Source of the DNA: Gaiellaceae bacterium
GTDB taxonomy: Bacteria > Actinomycetota > Thermoleophilia > Gaiellales > Gaiellaceae
Assembly (NCBI GenBank): GCA_035554095.1
Contig: DATMIX010000043.1
Coordinates: forward strand, 303-64,302
Reading direction: 5' to 3'
DNA length: 64,000 nucleotides
A program made the translations under genes and the position numbers. The notes below the pieces were generated by a model. That model saw only the letters and a program-made list of their open reading frames with translations. It made no database searches and was not told the origin of the DNA. This document shows, one piece after another, positions 34,986-43,903 of this stretch. Each line of letters opens with the position of its first letter. The first letter of the stretch is position 1.

Positions 34986-34986
34986 C

Positions 34987-35292
34987 CTACGCCTGATCGT
35001 CGAACGAGACGACCTCCCGCTCGACGGCGCCGAGTTCCCACTCCTGCCCCGCCAGGTAGCGCTCGGCCCCGTCGAGGAGCTCGACGAGCTCGCGGTGCTC
35101 GCGGGCCACGCACGACAGGGTGAGCCGTGACCGTTGCCACAGCTCGTGGTGGTCGACCTCCGCGACGGAGGCGCCGAAGCGGTTCTGGAGCTGCGCCTTC
35201 GCCGACTTGATGTACCGGCGCTTCCCCTTCAGCGACCCGGCCTCGGGGAAGTGCAGCTCCGCAGTCAGGATCCCGACGTAGCCCGCGCCCAC
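34987..35292 (-). CDS. DUF503 (YlxP-like) protein
   Basis: 101 aa: VGILTAELHFPEAGSLKGKRRYIKS.K..L..RF..SVAEVD. The position between infB and rbfA matches Bacillus ylxP. GTG start. Confidence 0.75.
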   Translation of the reverse strand: MGAGYVGILTAELHFPEAGSLKGKRRYIKSAKAQLQNRFGASVAEVDHHELWQRSRLTLSCVAREHRELVELLDGAERYLAGQEWELGAVEREVVSFDDQA

Positions 35293-35346
35293 GGCCGTAT
35301 TGAACCGGCCCGCCGCCGACGCGGCGATTTCGACGTCTAATCAGGC

Positions 35347-36558
35347 ATGCGCATCTTGCTCGGCATGCTCGGGGCGACCGTCTTCGCCCTCTCCCCCGCG
35401 GCCGCGCCGAAGGCGCACGTGCTCGGACACGCGTATCCGGGCGGCGGCTACTCCGCGGACGTCTACGCGCACCGGAGCTTCGGGTACCTGTCCAGCTGGC
35501 ACGGGATCGGCTGCCCATCGCAGGGAGTCCGCGTCTACGACCTGTCGAAGCCGGCGAAGCCGCGCAGGGTGGCGACGTTCGGCGACGGCCGCTCCGAGCT
35601 CGAGGTTCGCGGTACATGGACCGAGAAGACGATCGTCCAGCACGTCGCGACACCGAACTTCACCGGCGAGCTCGCCGCGACCAGCTTCCAGCACTGCCCA
35701 GGCACGAATGCGTTCAGGGGCTTCGGCCTCTACGACGTCGGCAATCCGCGCAGCCCGAAGCGCCTCTCGCTCGTCCGGACCGAGCCAGGGGGAGCGCACG
35801 AGCTCTGGCTGCAGGCCGTCGGCGGCCGCGCGTACGTCTACGCCGCGATCCCGCTCGCGGAGCGCGGTACGCCCCTCAGCTCGGGCTTCCGCATCTTCGA
35901 CGTGACCGATCCCCGGCATCCGGCCGAGGTCGGCTCCTGGATCGCCCCGCAGTCCCTGCGCGCCGGCAAGCGGGCCGTGTTCGTGCATTCCGTGCGCGTC
36001 AACCCCGCGGCGACGCGTGCGTACCTCTCGTACTGGGATCTCGGCACGGTCATCCTCGACATCTCGAAGCCAACGCACCCGCAGTACCTCGGCCGCACGA
36101 CCGACAGGCAGGGCGCGGCCCACTCGATCGCGCTGACGGCGAACGGCAACGTGCTGATCGAGACCCACGAGACGACGGGCGGCCGGCCGTCGTTCTGGGA
36201 CGTCTCGAAGCCGCGTCACCCGCGGCTGATCGGCGTCTTCAACGCGCCCAGGAGGCTCATCGCAGCGGCGAAGAAGCGGGGCGGCGCAACCGGCTTCGCG
36301 CTCGGCGTGCACGACGCGAAGGTCGTCGGCCGTCGTGCCTACTTCTCCTGGTACGCGCTCGGGGTGCTCGTGGCCGACATCTCGAACCCGCGCCACCCGA
36401 GGTTCGTGACCCAGTTCCTGCCCCCCGGCAGCCGCGACCCGGAGCGCGACTTCTGTCCCGGCCGCCGCTGCTCGTTCACCTGGGGCGTCTATGTCCCGGG
36501 CAGGTACGCGCTCGCCGGCGACATGGTCGGCGGGCTGTGGACGTTCCGCGTCCGCTAG
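35347..36558 (+). CDS. Secreted LVIVD-repeat / beta-propeller-like protein
   Basis: Signal peptide MRILLGMLGATVFALSPAAAP. Recurring D(V/I)S.P..P units are present (VYDLSKPAKP, LYDVGNPRSP, IFDVTDPRHP, ILDISKPTHP, FWDVSKPRHP, VADISNPRHP). Confidence 0.7.
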   Translation: MRILLGMLGATVFALSPAAAPKAHVLGHAYPGGGYSADVYAHRSFGYLSSWHGIGCPSQGVRVYDLSKPAKPRRVATFGDGRSELEVRGTWTEKTIVQHVATPNFTGELAATSFQHCPGTNAFRGFGLYDVGNPRSPKRLSLVRTEPGGAHELWLQAVGGRAYVYAAIPLAERGTPLSSGFRIFDVTDPRHPAEVGSWIAPQSLRAGKRAVFVHSVRVNPAATRAYLSYWDLGTVILDISKPTHPQYLGRTTDRQGAAHSIALTANGNVLIETHETTGGRPSFWDVSKPRHPRLIGVFNAPRRLIAAAKKRGGATGFALGVHDAKVVGRRAYFSWYALGVLVADISNPRHPRFVTQFLPPGSRDPERDFCPGRRCSFTWGVYVPGRYALAGDMVGGLWTFRVR

Positions 36559-36726
36559 GAGGGCTTGGCGAAACGCGAGCCTGAGCCGTCAGGCCGCGCT
36601 GCTCGCCCCGTGGCGGCGTCCTCAGTCGCGCCCATATCTACGGATATGGACGCTCCCTGCGTCCTTGCCTCGGAACGAGCATCGCACCCTGACGACGAGG
36701 CACGTTCCACCAAGCCCTACTAGGCA

Positions 36727-38709
36727 CTAGCTCGGCGTTGCCGCAGGCGCCGTGGGCGCCTCCGAGAGATCCGTCCGTTCGACCTGGCGCGTCTCGTAGA
36801 CCTCGAGCACGTCGCCTTCCTTCACGTCGTTGAAGCCGTCGAGCAGGATCCCGCACTCGAAGCCTTCGGCGACTTCGCGGGCGTCGTCCTTGAACCGCTT
36901 CAGCTGCGCGATCGTCGTCTCGTGGATGACGGTGCCGTCGCGGACGACGCGCGTCTGGGCGCCGCGCCGGACGGTGCCCTGCGTCACGTACGAGCCCGCG
37001 ATCGTGCCGAGCCGCGAGACGCGGAAGAGCTGCCGCACCTCGACCTCGCCGATCGTCTCCTCGGTCGTGACCGGGCGGAGGAGTCCGACGAGCGCCTGCT
37101 CGATGTCCTCCGTGAGCTGGTAGATGACGCGGTACGTGCGAATCTCGACGCCCTCGCGCTCGGCGAGGGCCCGCGCTTCGGCCGACGGCCGCACGTTGAA
37201 CCCGACCACCATCGCCTGCGAGGCCACGGCGAGGTTGACGTCGTTCTCGGTGATGCCGCCGACGCCCTGGTGGATCACGTTCACGCGCACCTCGGGGTGC
37301 TGGATCTTCTGGAGCTCGCTGACCGCGGCCTCGACCGAACCGACGACGTCGCCCTTCAGCACGAGGTTGAGATCCTGGGACGCGCCCTCCTGCAGCTGCT
37401 CGAACAGCCGCTCGAGGGAGACTGCGCCGCCTGCCTGCGTGGCCAGCTGCTCGCGGCGGAGCCGCTCGCCGCGCACCTGGGCGTACTGGCGCGCCGCGCG
37501 CTCGCTCTCGACGACGCGCGAGTGTTCGCCCGCGGGCGGCGGCTTGTCGAAGCCGAGGATCTCCACGGGCGTGCCCGGTCCGGCGTCCTCGACCTTCTCG
37601 CCCCGGTAGTTGTAGAGCGCCCGGACCTTGCCCCACGCGTCGCCGGCCACGATCGAATCGCCCACGCGCACGGTGCCGCGCTGGACGAGCATCGTCGCGA
37701 CGGGCCCACGGCCGACGTCCAGACGCGACTCCACGATCGGGCCGGAGCCCTCGGCCTTCGCATTCGCAGTCAACTCGAGCTCGGCGTCCGCGACGAGCAG
37801 AACCTTCTCCAGCAGGTCGTCGAGGTTCTGCTTCGCCTTGGCGGAGACGTCGGCGAACTGGATCTCTCCGCCCCACTCCTCCGGCTGAAGGCCTTCACCG
37901 GCCAGGTCGCCTCGGACCCGGTTCGGGTCGGCGTCCGGGAGGTCGATCTTGTTCACGGCGACCACGATCGGCACCTCGGCTGCGCGCGCGTGCGAGATCG
38001 ACTCGCGCGTCTGCGGCATCACGCCGTCGTCGGCGGCCACGACGAGCACGGCAATGTCCGTCACCTTCGCGCCGCGGGCGCGCATGGCCGTGAAGGCCTC
38101 GTGGCCCGGCGTGTCCAGGAACGTGATCTTCCGTCCGGCGTGCTCGACCTGGTACGCGCCGATGTGCTGCGTGATCCCGCCGGCCTCGGTCTCGACCACT
38201 GCCGACTCGCGGATCGCGTCCAGCAGGGTCGTCTTTCCGTGGTCGACATGGCCCATGATCGTCACGACGGGCGGCCGATCGGTGAGATCCTCTGGAGCGT
38301 CGTCGTACTCCTCCGGCTCGAGTTCCTCCTCCGCCGCGTGCTTGATCTGGAGCTCGCGATCGGGCGCCAGCTCGGCCGCGATCAGCTCGACCTCGTCGTC
38401 GCTGAGCGACTGCGTGATCGTGACCATCTTCCCGAGCCCCATCATCACCTTGATGATGTCGGCGACCGTCTTGCCCATCGCCGCGGAGAGATCCTTGACG
38501 GTGACGCCCGACGGGACGCTGATCGGCCCGGTCGGCGGCGCGACCGGCTGCTTCGGCGGCCGGGCTTCCTGGCGCTCGCGCGCCTGGCGCGGGGACTCGC
38601 GCGGCCTCGCGGCGGCGTTGTCGATCACCACGCGGCGCTTGCGGCGGCCGGTGACGGCCCCCTGGCGGGGTCGGATCGGGCGGTTTGGTCTGTTGGAGCC
38701 GTTAGCCAT
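36727..38709 (-). CDS. infB: Translation initiation factor IF-2
   Basis: The G domain has [25 protein letters not shown] and NKID. The C-terminal domains include GSVEA...[15 protein letters not shown]. Confidence 0.95.
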   Translation of the reverse strand: MANGSNRPNRPIRPRQGAVTGRRKRRVVIDNAAARPRESPRQARERQEARPPKQPVAPPTGPISVPSGVTVKDLSAAMGKTVADIIKVMMGLGKMVTITQSLSDDEVELIAAELAPDRELQIKHAAEEELEPEEYDDAPEDLTDRPPVVTIMGHVDHGKTTLLDAIRESAVVETEAGGITQHIGAYQVEHAGRKITFLDTPGHEAFTAMRARGAKVTDIAVLVVAADDGVMPQTRESISHARAAEVPIVVAVNKIDLPDADPNRVRGDLAGEGLQPEEWGGEIQFADVSAKAKQNLDDLLEKVLLVADAELELTANAKAEGSGPIVESRLDVGRGPVATMLVQRGTVRVGDSIVAGDAWGKVRALYNYRGEKVEDAGPGTPVEILGFDKPPPAGEHSRVVESERAARQYAQVRGERLRREQLATQAGGAVSLERLFEQLQEGASQDLNLVLKGDVVGSVEAAVSELQKIQHPEVRVNVIHQGVGGITENDVNLAVASQAMVVGFNVRPSAEARALAEREGVEIRTYRVIYQLTEDIEQALVGLLRPVTTEETIGEVEVRQLFRVSRLGTIAGSYVTQGTVRRGAQTRVVRDGTVIHETTIAQLKRFKDDAREVAEGFECGILLDGFNDVKEGDVLEVYETRQVERTDLSEAPTAPAATPS

Positions 38710-38950
38710 TCGCGTCAGTGTAGAGCCGCGCGAGTCCGGGATCGACCTGGACGCTCGCCTTCAGAGTTCGGTTGAAGGCGCGGCCCGTCAGCGCCCGCTC
38801 GAAGCAGGCGAGCCGTCGGCACGTGTAGGCGCCCCGTCCCGGAGCCTTCGTCCCGGGGACCAGCCTCCCGCCGGCCTCGACGAAGCGGACGAGCTCGGCC
38901 TGCGGCGCCTTGCGTCCGCAGCCCGCACACGTGCGCACCGGCGCGCTCAC
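38702..38950 (-). CDS. ylxR: YlxR/DUF448 family RNA-binding protein
   Basis: [20 protein letters not shown]...PGRGAYTC....C...A......F.R.LK. The GTG at 38950 forms a GTGA overlap with the nusA stop, and the 3' end overlaps the infB ATG by 8 nt. Confidence 0.8.
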   Translation of the reverse strand: MSAPVRTCAGCGRKAPQAELVRFVEAGGRLVPGTKAPGRGAYTCRRLACFERALTGRAFNRTLKASVQVDPGLARLYTDANG

Positions 38951-40533
38951 GCAGCGTTGGAGCCCTCCTCCGCCTCCGCGGCCTCGGCCGTCTCGTCCTG
39001 AGGGAGCGACTCGACCGGGATACCGGCGGGCCGTTCCTCGAGCGGCGCTTCGTCCGGGCGCGAGACGTCCAGATCGACCTCTCCTTCGGCCTCGGCGACC
39101 GCGACGGCGCTCGGACCGTGGGTCGCGGCGACATCCGCGGGCGCCTCGGAGTCGAGCGGCTCCTCGCCGGACTGCGGAATCGGCGGGTTGACCGGAGCCG
39201 CGTCGTCCGCCAGCTCCTCCGCCTGCGCCTCGAGCTCGGGCTCCGACTCCGCGACGACCGGTTGCTCGGGCTGGTTCGCCAGCTCCTGGTGCGCCGAAAC
39301 ACCGCAGTAGCGCGAGCCGGGCAGCGCGGCGTTCGGGCAGCGCTTCCCGTTCGAGAGGATGGCGGCGCAGCGGCCCGTGAACTCCTCGTCCTCGCCGGCG
39401 CCGCCGAAGGCCGCCTCCGCCTCGGCCTGGGCGAACTCGCTGTCCGACTGGATGTCGATCTTCCAGCCGGTCAGCCGCGCCGCGAGGCGCGCGTTCATGC
39501 CTTCCTTGCCGATCGCCAGCGCGAGCTGGTCGTCGGGCGTCACGACTGTCGCCTCCCTGCCGTCGTCGTCGAGGTAGACCTCGCGGACGCGGGCGGGTGA
39601 GAGCGCCTTCGCGACGAATCGCGCCGGCTCCGGGTTCCACGGGATGATGTCGATCTTCTCGCCACGGAGCTCCGAGACGACCATGCGCACCCGAGAGCCG
39701 CGCGGGCCGACGCAGGCCCCGACCGGGTCGACGCCCTGGGCGTGCGACTCGACGGCGATCTTCGAGCGGTAGCCGGGCTCGCGGGCGACACCGCGGATCT
39801 CGACGAGGCCGTCGGCGATCTCGGGCACCTCGAGCTCGAAGAGCGTCTTGATCAGCTCCGGGTCGCGGCGCGAGACGATCACCTGCGGCCCCTTCGTCCC
39901 GGAACGAACCTCGGTGATCACCGCCTTGATCCGGGAGCCCTGCTCGTAGCGCTCGCCGTCGACCTGCTCGGAGCGAGGCAGCAGCGCCTCGACCTTGCCC
40001 AGGTCGACGAGGACGTTGTTGCGGTCGCCGGCCTGCTGGACGATGCCCGTCACGACCTCGGAGACGCGGTCGATGTACTCCTCGTACATCATCTGGCGCT
40101 CCGCCTCGCGGATCCGCTGGGTGATCACCTGCTTGGCGGTCTGCGCGGCGATCCGCCCGAAGTTCTCGGGTGTGACGTCCGCCCGCTTGATCTGGTCCTC
40201 CGGAACATCCGACCAGTCGATCTCGAGATCGTCGTCGGTGACGAGCACGTGCGAGCGCTCGCCCGTTTCCTCCTCGGTCTGTTCGAGCTCGGTCAGCACG
40301 CGCTCGCGGGCCTCCTCGAGGAGCCGTTCCTCGATGTCTGCGGGCAGCTCGATCGAGTAGACGCGAAAGTCGCCCGACTCGCGGTCGAGCTCGACCACGG
40401 CGTGGCGCGACGCGCCCGGCGTCTTCTTGTACGCGGCGAGCAACGCGTCCTCGAGCGCCTCGATCAGCGTCTCCGCCTCGATTCCCTTGTCGACCTCCAG
40501 CTCCTGGACGAACTCGATGATCTCTCTGCTCAT
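38947..40533 (-). CDS. nusA: Transcription termination/antitermination factor NusA with a long atypical C-terminal extension
   Basis: The NTD, S1 (VTGIVQ) and KH1/KH2 domains ([13 protein letters not shown]; [23 protein letters not shown]) are present. About 180 further residues include a Cys/His motif and an acidic tail. Confidence 0.93.
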   Translation of the reverse strand: MSREIIEFVQELEVDKGIEAETLIEALEDALLAAYKKTPGASRHAVVELDRESGDFRVYSIELPADIEERLLEEARERVLTELEQTEEETGERSHVLVTDDDLEIDWSDVPEDQIKRADVTPENFGRIAAQTAKQVITQRIREAERQMMYEEYIDRVSEVVTGIVQQAGDRNNVLVDLGKVEALLPRSEQVDGERYEQGSRIKAVITEVRSGTKGPQVIVSRRDPELIKTLFELEVPEIADGLVEIRGVAREPGYRSKIAVESHAQGVDPVGACVGPRGSRVRMVVSELRGEKIDIIPWNPEPARFVAKALSPARVREVYLDDDGREATVVTPDDQLALAIGKEGMNARLAARLTGWKIDIQSDSEFAQAEAEAAFGGAGEDEEFTGRCAAILSNGKRCPNAALPGSRYCGVSAHQELANQPEQPVVAESEPELEAQAEELADDAAPVNPPIPQSGEEPLDSEAPADVAATHGPSAVAVAEAEGEVDLDVSRPDEAPLEERPAGIPVESLPQDETAEAAEAEEGSNAA

Positions 40534-40535
40534 GG

Positions 40536-40976
40536 TTATCCCTCGTCGATCAGATTGCCCCGGACGATCTGCTCGTACGGGATGTCAACCGGCCGTGGCT
40601 CCGTCGCCAGGTGAACCTCGCGCTCGTCGGCGCCGATCAGCTCGCCCTTGAAGCGCCGGCGCCCGCCGATCTCGTCTGCGGTCCGCAGGGAGATCCGACG
40701 GCCGACGAACCGCTCGAAATGCTCCGGCTTGCGCAGGGGGCGTTCGAGACCCGGGGACGAGACGTCGATCGTGTAGTCCCGCCGGTACTCGTCGAGCTCC
40801 CGCGTCACGCGCTCGCAGAGCGCGTGATCGACGCCCTCGGGGTGGTCGATGTAGACGCAGAAGCGCTCGGGCGAGAGCAGCTCGACGGCCAGCACCTCGG
40901 TGCCGGGCACCCGCTCCTCGATTCGTCCGGACAGCTGCTCCTGCAGCTGCCGCTCCTTGGTTCGCACGTCTCGCAT
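40536..40976 (-). CDS. rimP: Ribosome maturation factor RimP
   Basis: 146 aa with ...FCVYIDHPEGV....C..V.R.L......Y...VSSPGLERPL. It lies immediately upstream of nusA. The [10 protein letters not shown] precedes ATG 40976. Confidence 0.88.
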   Translation of the reverse strand: MRDVRTKERQLQEQLSGRIEERVPGTEVLAVELLSPERFCVYIDHPEGVDHALCERVTRELDEYRRDYTIDVSSPGLERPLRKPEHFERFVGRRISLRTADEIGGRRRFKGELIGADEREVHLATEPRPVDIPYEQIVRGNLIDEG

Positions 40977-40989
40977 CGTCCTCCCTCAC

Positions 40990-41015
40990 AAAAAATGGGC
41001 GCCGCGCGCCCATTT
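40990..41015 (-). terminator. Intrinsic terminator 13 nt upstream of the rimP start codon (candidate leader attenuator)
   Basis: The minus-strand RNA reads AAAUGGGCGC-gcg-GCGCCCAUUU followed by UUU, giving a run of six U. Then gugagggaggacg precedes the ATG. Confidence 0.65.
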
Positions 41016-41175
41016 CGCCAAGCCGGTGAAATGTGGTCGATCGAGGATAGCAAGGCCCGGAGGACGAGCGTCACGGGTTGGCAGCTCAAGGTCCGAACTG
41101 TTCCGAGCAAACCGCGACGATGCGCTGCCTCGGTTTCACTCGGCCAGTCCGGCCCTTGCGCGGTACGCGCTCGTC

Positions 41176-41508
41176 TTAGCGCTTGATGATGTTGTGGATC
41201 TCGAGCATCTCGGGCTCGCCCGAAAGCTCGATCCCAACGTCCTTCAGCACCGGCATGAGGCGCTCACCGAAAGCATCGAACTGCTCTCGCGAGTCCCAGA
41301 TCTCGCTGACTCGGAAGTTACCGTTCGATTTGAACGCGACGTGGTACTCGAGTCCCTCGGGCAGCCAGTCGCCCGACTTCTCCAGACGGCGGATGGTCTC
41401 GTCGTATTGCTCGGTAGTCACCTCGGGCGCGGCTGTGAATCGGACGAGCATCCCCGTCTTTTTGGGTGCACCCATGGTCGGTGTCGCGGACATAGGACTG
41501 GTGGCCAT
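41176..41508 (-). CDS. Hypothetical small alpha+beta (ABM/Dabb-like) protein
   Basis: 110 aa. A strong SD, GAAGGAGG, lies 6 nt before ATG 41508. The domain assignment is by resemblance only. Confidence 0.6.
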   Translation of the reverse strand: MATSPMSATPTMGAPKKTGMLVRFTAAPEVTTEQYDETIRRLEKSGDWLPEGLEYHVAFKSNGNFRVSEIWDSREQFDAFGERLMPVLKDVGIELSGEPEMLEIHNIIKR

Positions 41509-41679
41509 TCATGGCCTCCTTCGTGTGGATGCTCCTGACCGAGCCGACCTACAACCGAACACGTCTCACCGCGTCGCCTGGCGGGCGAGGAATCTGGGCC
41601 AGAAGGCACTACGCAAGCTATCACGCTTCCCGCCGGCTCACGGCTTCGCAAACCGCAGGGGTACCGGCGGCCGCACGGC

Positions 41680-42123
41680 CTAGAGATCGAGAACGAGCGT
41701 GACCGGCCCGTCGTTGACGAGCTCGACGTCCATACGAGCACCGAACGTGCCTGTTTCGACGGCCACGCCGAGGGCGCGCAGCGCCTGGCAGAACTGCTCG
41801 TAGAGCGGCTCGGCCTGCTCGCCCGGCGCCGCGTGGGAGAAGTCGGGCCGAGTTCCCTTCTGGCGTCTGCTATCGGCAAGCAGCGTGAACTGGCTGACGA
41901 CCAGAGCCTCGCCGCCGGTGTCGAGCAGGCTGCGGTCGAAACGCCCGTCGTCGCCTTCGAAGACGCGAAGCCGCACGATCCTGCGGGCGAGCCGCTCGGC
42001 GGCAGCGATGTCGTCTCCACGTGCGACCCCGAGCAGGAGCACGAGCCCGGGGCCGATCTGGCCGACGGTCTCGCCGCCGCTCAGGACGCGGGCGCGCGAG
42101 ACGCGTTGCAAGACAACCCTCAT
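41680..42123 (-). CDS. dtd: D-aminoacyl-tRNA deacylase
   Basis: MRVVLQRVSRA.V......G.IG.GLVLLLGV...D...VSQFTL.AD...G.RP.F. The ATG at 42123 is used; the ORF-track extension to 42189 is rejected. Confidence 0.9.
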   Translation of the reverse strand: MRVVLQRVSRARVLSGGETVGQIGPGLVLLLGVARGDDIAAAERLARRIVRLRVFEGDDGRFDRSLLDTGGEALVVSQFTLLADSRRQKGTRPDFSHAAPGEQAEPLYEQFCQALRALGVAVETGTFGARMDVELVNDGPVTLVLDL

Positions 42124-43864
42124 GCCGCAGGCGACTATCACCGATATGGCCTCCATGGAGGCTGCGGAGCTCCCAGGCGACTCCGGCACGCTCGCGTTCG
42201 GCGACGCGCGCAGCCTGCCGCTCGGCGCCGTCCTGGCGCAAAACGGCCTCCTGACGCAGACCCAGCTCGAGCGCGCGCTCGCGGAGAAGGAGGAGACCGG
42301 CGAGCGGCTCGGCGAGATCGTCGTTCGCCACGGCTGGATCTCGGGCCGCGACCTCGCGGGTGCTCTCGCGCTCCAGCACGGGCTCGACTTCGTCGACCTC
42401 GGGCAGGCCGAGGTCGATCCCTCGGCCGCGGAGCTCCTTCCGGAGAAGCTCGCGCGCCGCTACAACGCGCTCCCCGTCTCGTTCGTCGACAGCGCCACCG
42501 TTCTCGTCGCCGTGGCCGATCCCACGGACGTGCGCACGTCGGACGACCTTCGCATCGCCCTCGGCCTGAACGTCCGCCTCGCGGTCGTCGACTCGAACGA
42601 CCTGCAGCAGACGATCGCCCGGCTCCATCGCAAAGAAGTCGAGGTCACGGACGAGCCCGAGGAGGCGCCTGAGCTCGTCGAGGACATTCTCGAGAGCACC
42701 GAGTCCGGTGCGCCGGCGGTCGAGCTCGTCAACTCGATCATCAGCCGCGCGATCGACGACGGGGCTTCCGACATCCATTTCGCGCCGCAGGCGCGCGGCA
42801 TGCTCGTTCGGGCACGGATCGACGGCGTGATGAGGAAGCTCGCGGACATCCCGCCTTCGATGCAGGCGGCCGCGATGAGCCGGCTCAAGATCATGGCGGA
42901 GCTCGACATCGCCGAGAAGCGCGCCCCGCAGGACGGCCGCGTCTCGATCCGGTTCGGCGGGAAGCCCATGGACCTCCGCATCGCCGTCCTGCCGACAACC
43001 CACGGAGAGCAGGCCGTCCTCAGGATCCTGCACCGCGGCAAGGGCCGCCTGGTGCTCGCCGACCTGGGCATGAACGCCGAGGCTGAGCAGGACTTCGGGC
43101 GCGCGATCGCCCAGCCCTACGGCGCCGTGATCGCGGTCGGGCCGACCGGCAGCGGCAAGACGACCACCCTCTACGCGGCGCTCGACGTGCTCAACCAGGA
43201 CAGCCGCGTGGTGACGACGATCGAGGACCCCGTCGAGTGGCAGATCCCCGGGGTGAACCAGATCGAGGTCAATCCGCGCAGCGGCCTGACGTTCGCCCGA
43301 GGGCTTCGGACGATCCTCCGCAGCGACCCTGACGTCCTGCTCGTCGGGGAGGTCCGCGACGAGGAGACGGCCGCGATCGCGATGCAGGCGGCGATGACGG
43401 GCCACCTCGTGCTGACGACATTGCACGCCCACAACGCGGCGAGCTCGATCGCCCGCCTGTGCGACATGGGCATCGATACGGGCCTGCTCGCAACCTCGAT
43501 CAACTGCATCGTCGCGCAGCGCCTCGCGCGACGGCTCTGCGTCGATTGCCGTGAGGCCTACTCGCCGACTCCGGGGGAGCTGGCAGAGCTGGGAACCGAC
43601 CCGACGGAGCCGCTCACGCTCTACAGGCCCGTCGGCTGCGTCCGCTGCGGCGGCACCGGCTATCGCGGGCGCGTCGCCCTTTACGAGGTGATGCCGGTGA
43701 CCGGCGAGGTGCGGCGCAAGATCGCGGAATCGACCGAGGAAATCTTCGCCGCGGCGGTCGAACAGGGCATGACGACCCTGCGCCACGACGGAATGCGAGT
43801 CTGCCTGGCCGGCATCTCCTCGCTCGAGGAGATCCGGCGGGTCACGGGCGACCGCTTGGTCTAA
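42122..43864 (+). CDS. GspE/PilB-family secretion or type IV pilus assembly ATPase
   Basis: An N-terminal GSPII_E_N-like domain is present (LGAVLAQNGLLTQTQLERAL...LGEIVVRHGWISGRDL). Walker A is GPTGSGKTTT, the Asp box is EDPVE, Walker B is DPDVLLVGEVRD, the His box is GHLVLTTLH, and the tetracysteine is CVDC...CVRCGGTGY. Start candidates are ATG 42122, 42146 and 42155. Confidence 0.85.
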   Translation: MPQATITDMASMEAAELPGDSGTLAFGDARSLPLGAVLAQNGLLTQTQLERALAEKEETGERLGEIVVRHGWISGRDLAGALALQHGLDFVDLGQAEVDPSAAELLPEKLARRYNALPVSFVDSATVLVAVADPTDVRTSDDLRIALGLNVRLAVVDSNDLQQTIARLHRKEVEVTDEPEEAPELVEDILESTESGAPAVELVNSIISRAIDDGASDIHFAPQARGMLVRARIDGVMRKLADIPPSMQAAAMSRLKIMAELDIAEKRAPQDGRVSIRFGGKPMDLRIAVLPTTHGEQAVLRILHRGKGRLVLADLGMNAEAEQDFGRAIAQPYGAVIAVGPTGSGKTTTLYAALDVLNQDSRVVTTIEDPVEWQIPGVNQIEVNPRSGLTFARGLRTILRSDPDVLLVGEVRDEETAAIAMQAAMTGHLVLTTLHAHNAASSIARLCDMGIDTGLLATSINCIVAQRLARRLCVDCREAYSPTPGELAELGTDPTEPLTLYRPVGCVRCGGTGYRGRVALYEVMPVTGEVRRKIAESTEEIFAAAVEQGMTTLRHDGMRVCLAGISSLEEIRRVTGDRLV

Positions 43865-43871
43865 CCGCCGT

Positions 43872-43903
43872 CCAGCTCCCGTATTCGCCAGCTCCCGTAT
43901 TCG
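43872..43903 (+). repeat. Perfect tandem duplication of a 16-mer (CCAGCTCCCGTATTCG x2)
   Basis: Read directly from the sequence: 43872-43887 equals 43888-43903. A 7-bp hairpin follows (GGCATCG-cttg-CGATGCC, 43908-43925). Confidence 0.9.

Noticed and set aside
41509-41679. A riboswitch or promoter in the 171-nt region upstream of the small ABM-like gene (TGATAGCTT extended -10-like sequence, CCGCCGG...CCGGCGG hairpin).
   Set aside because: I recognise no riboswitch core. The promoter call rests on a single hexamer with no -35 box, which is too weak to report as a feature.
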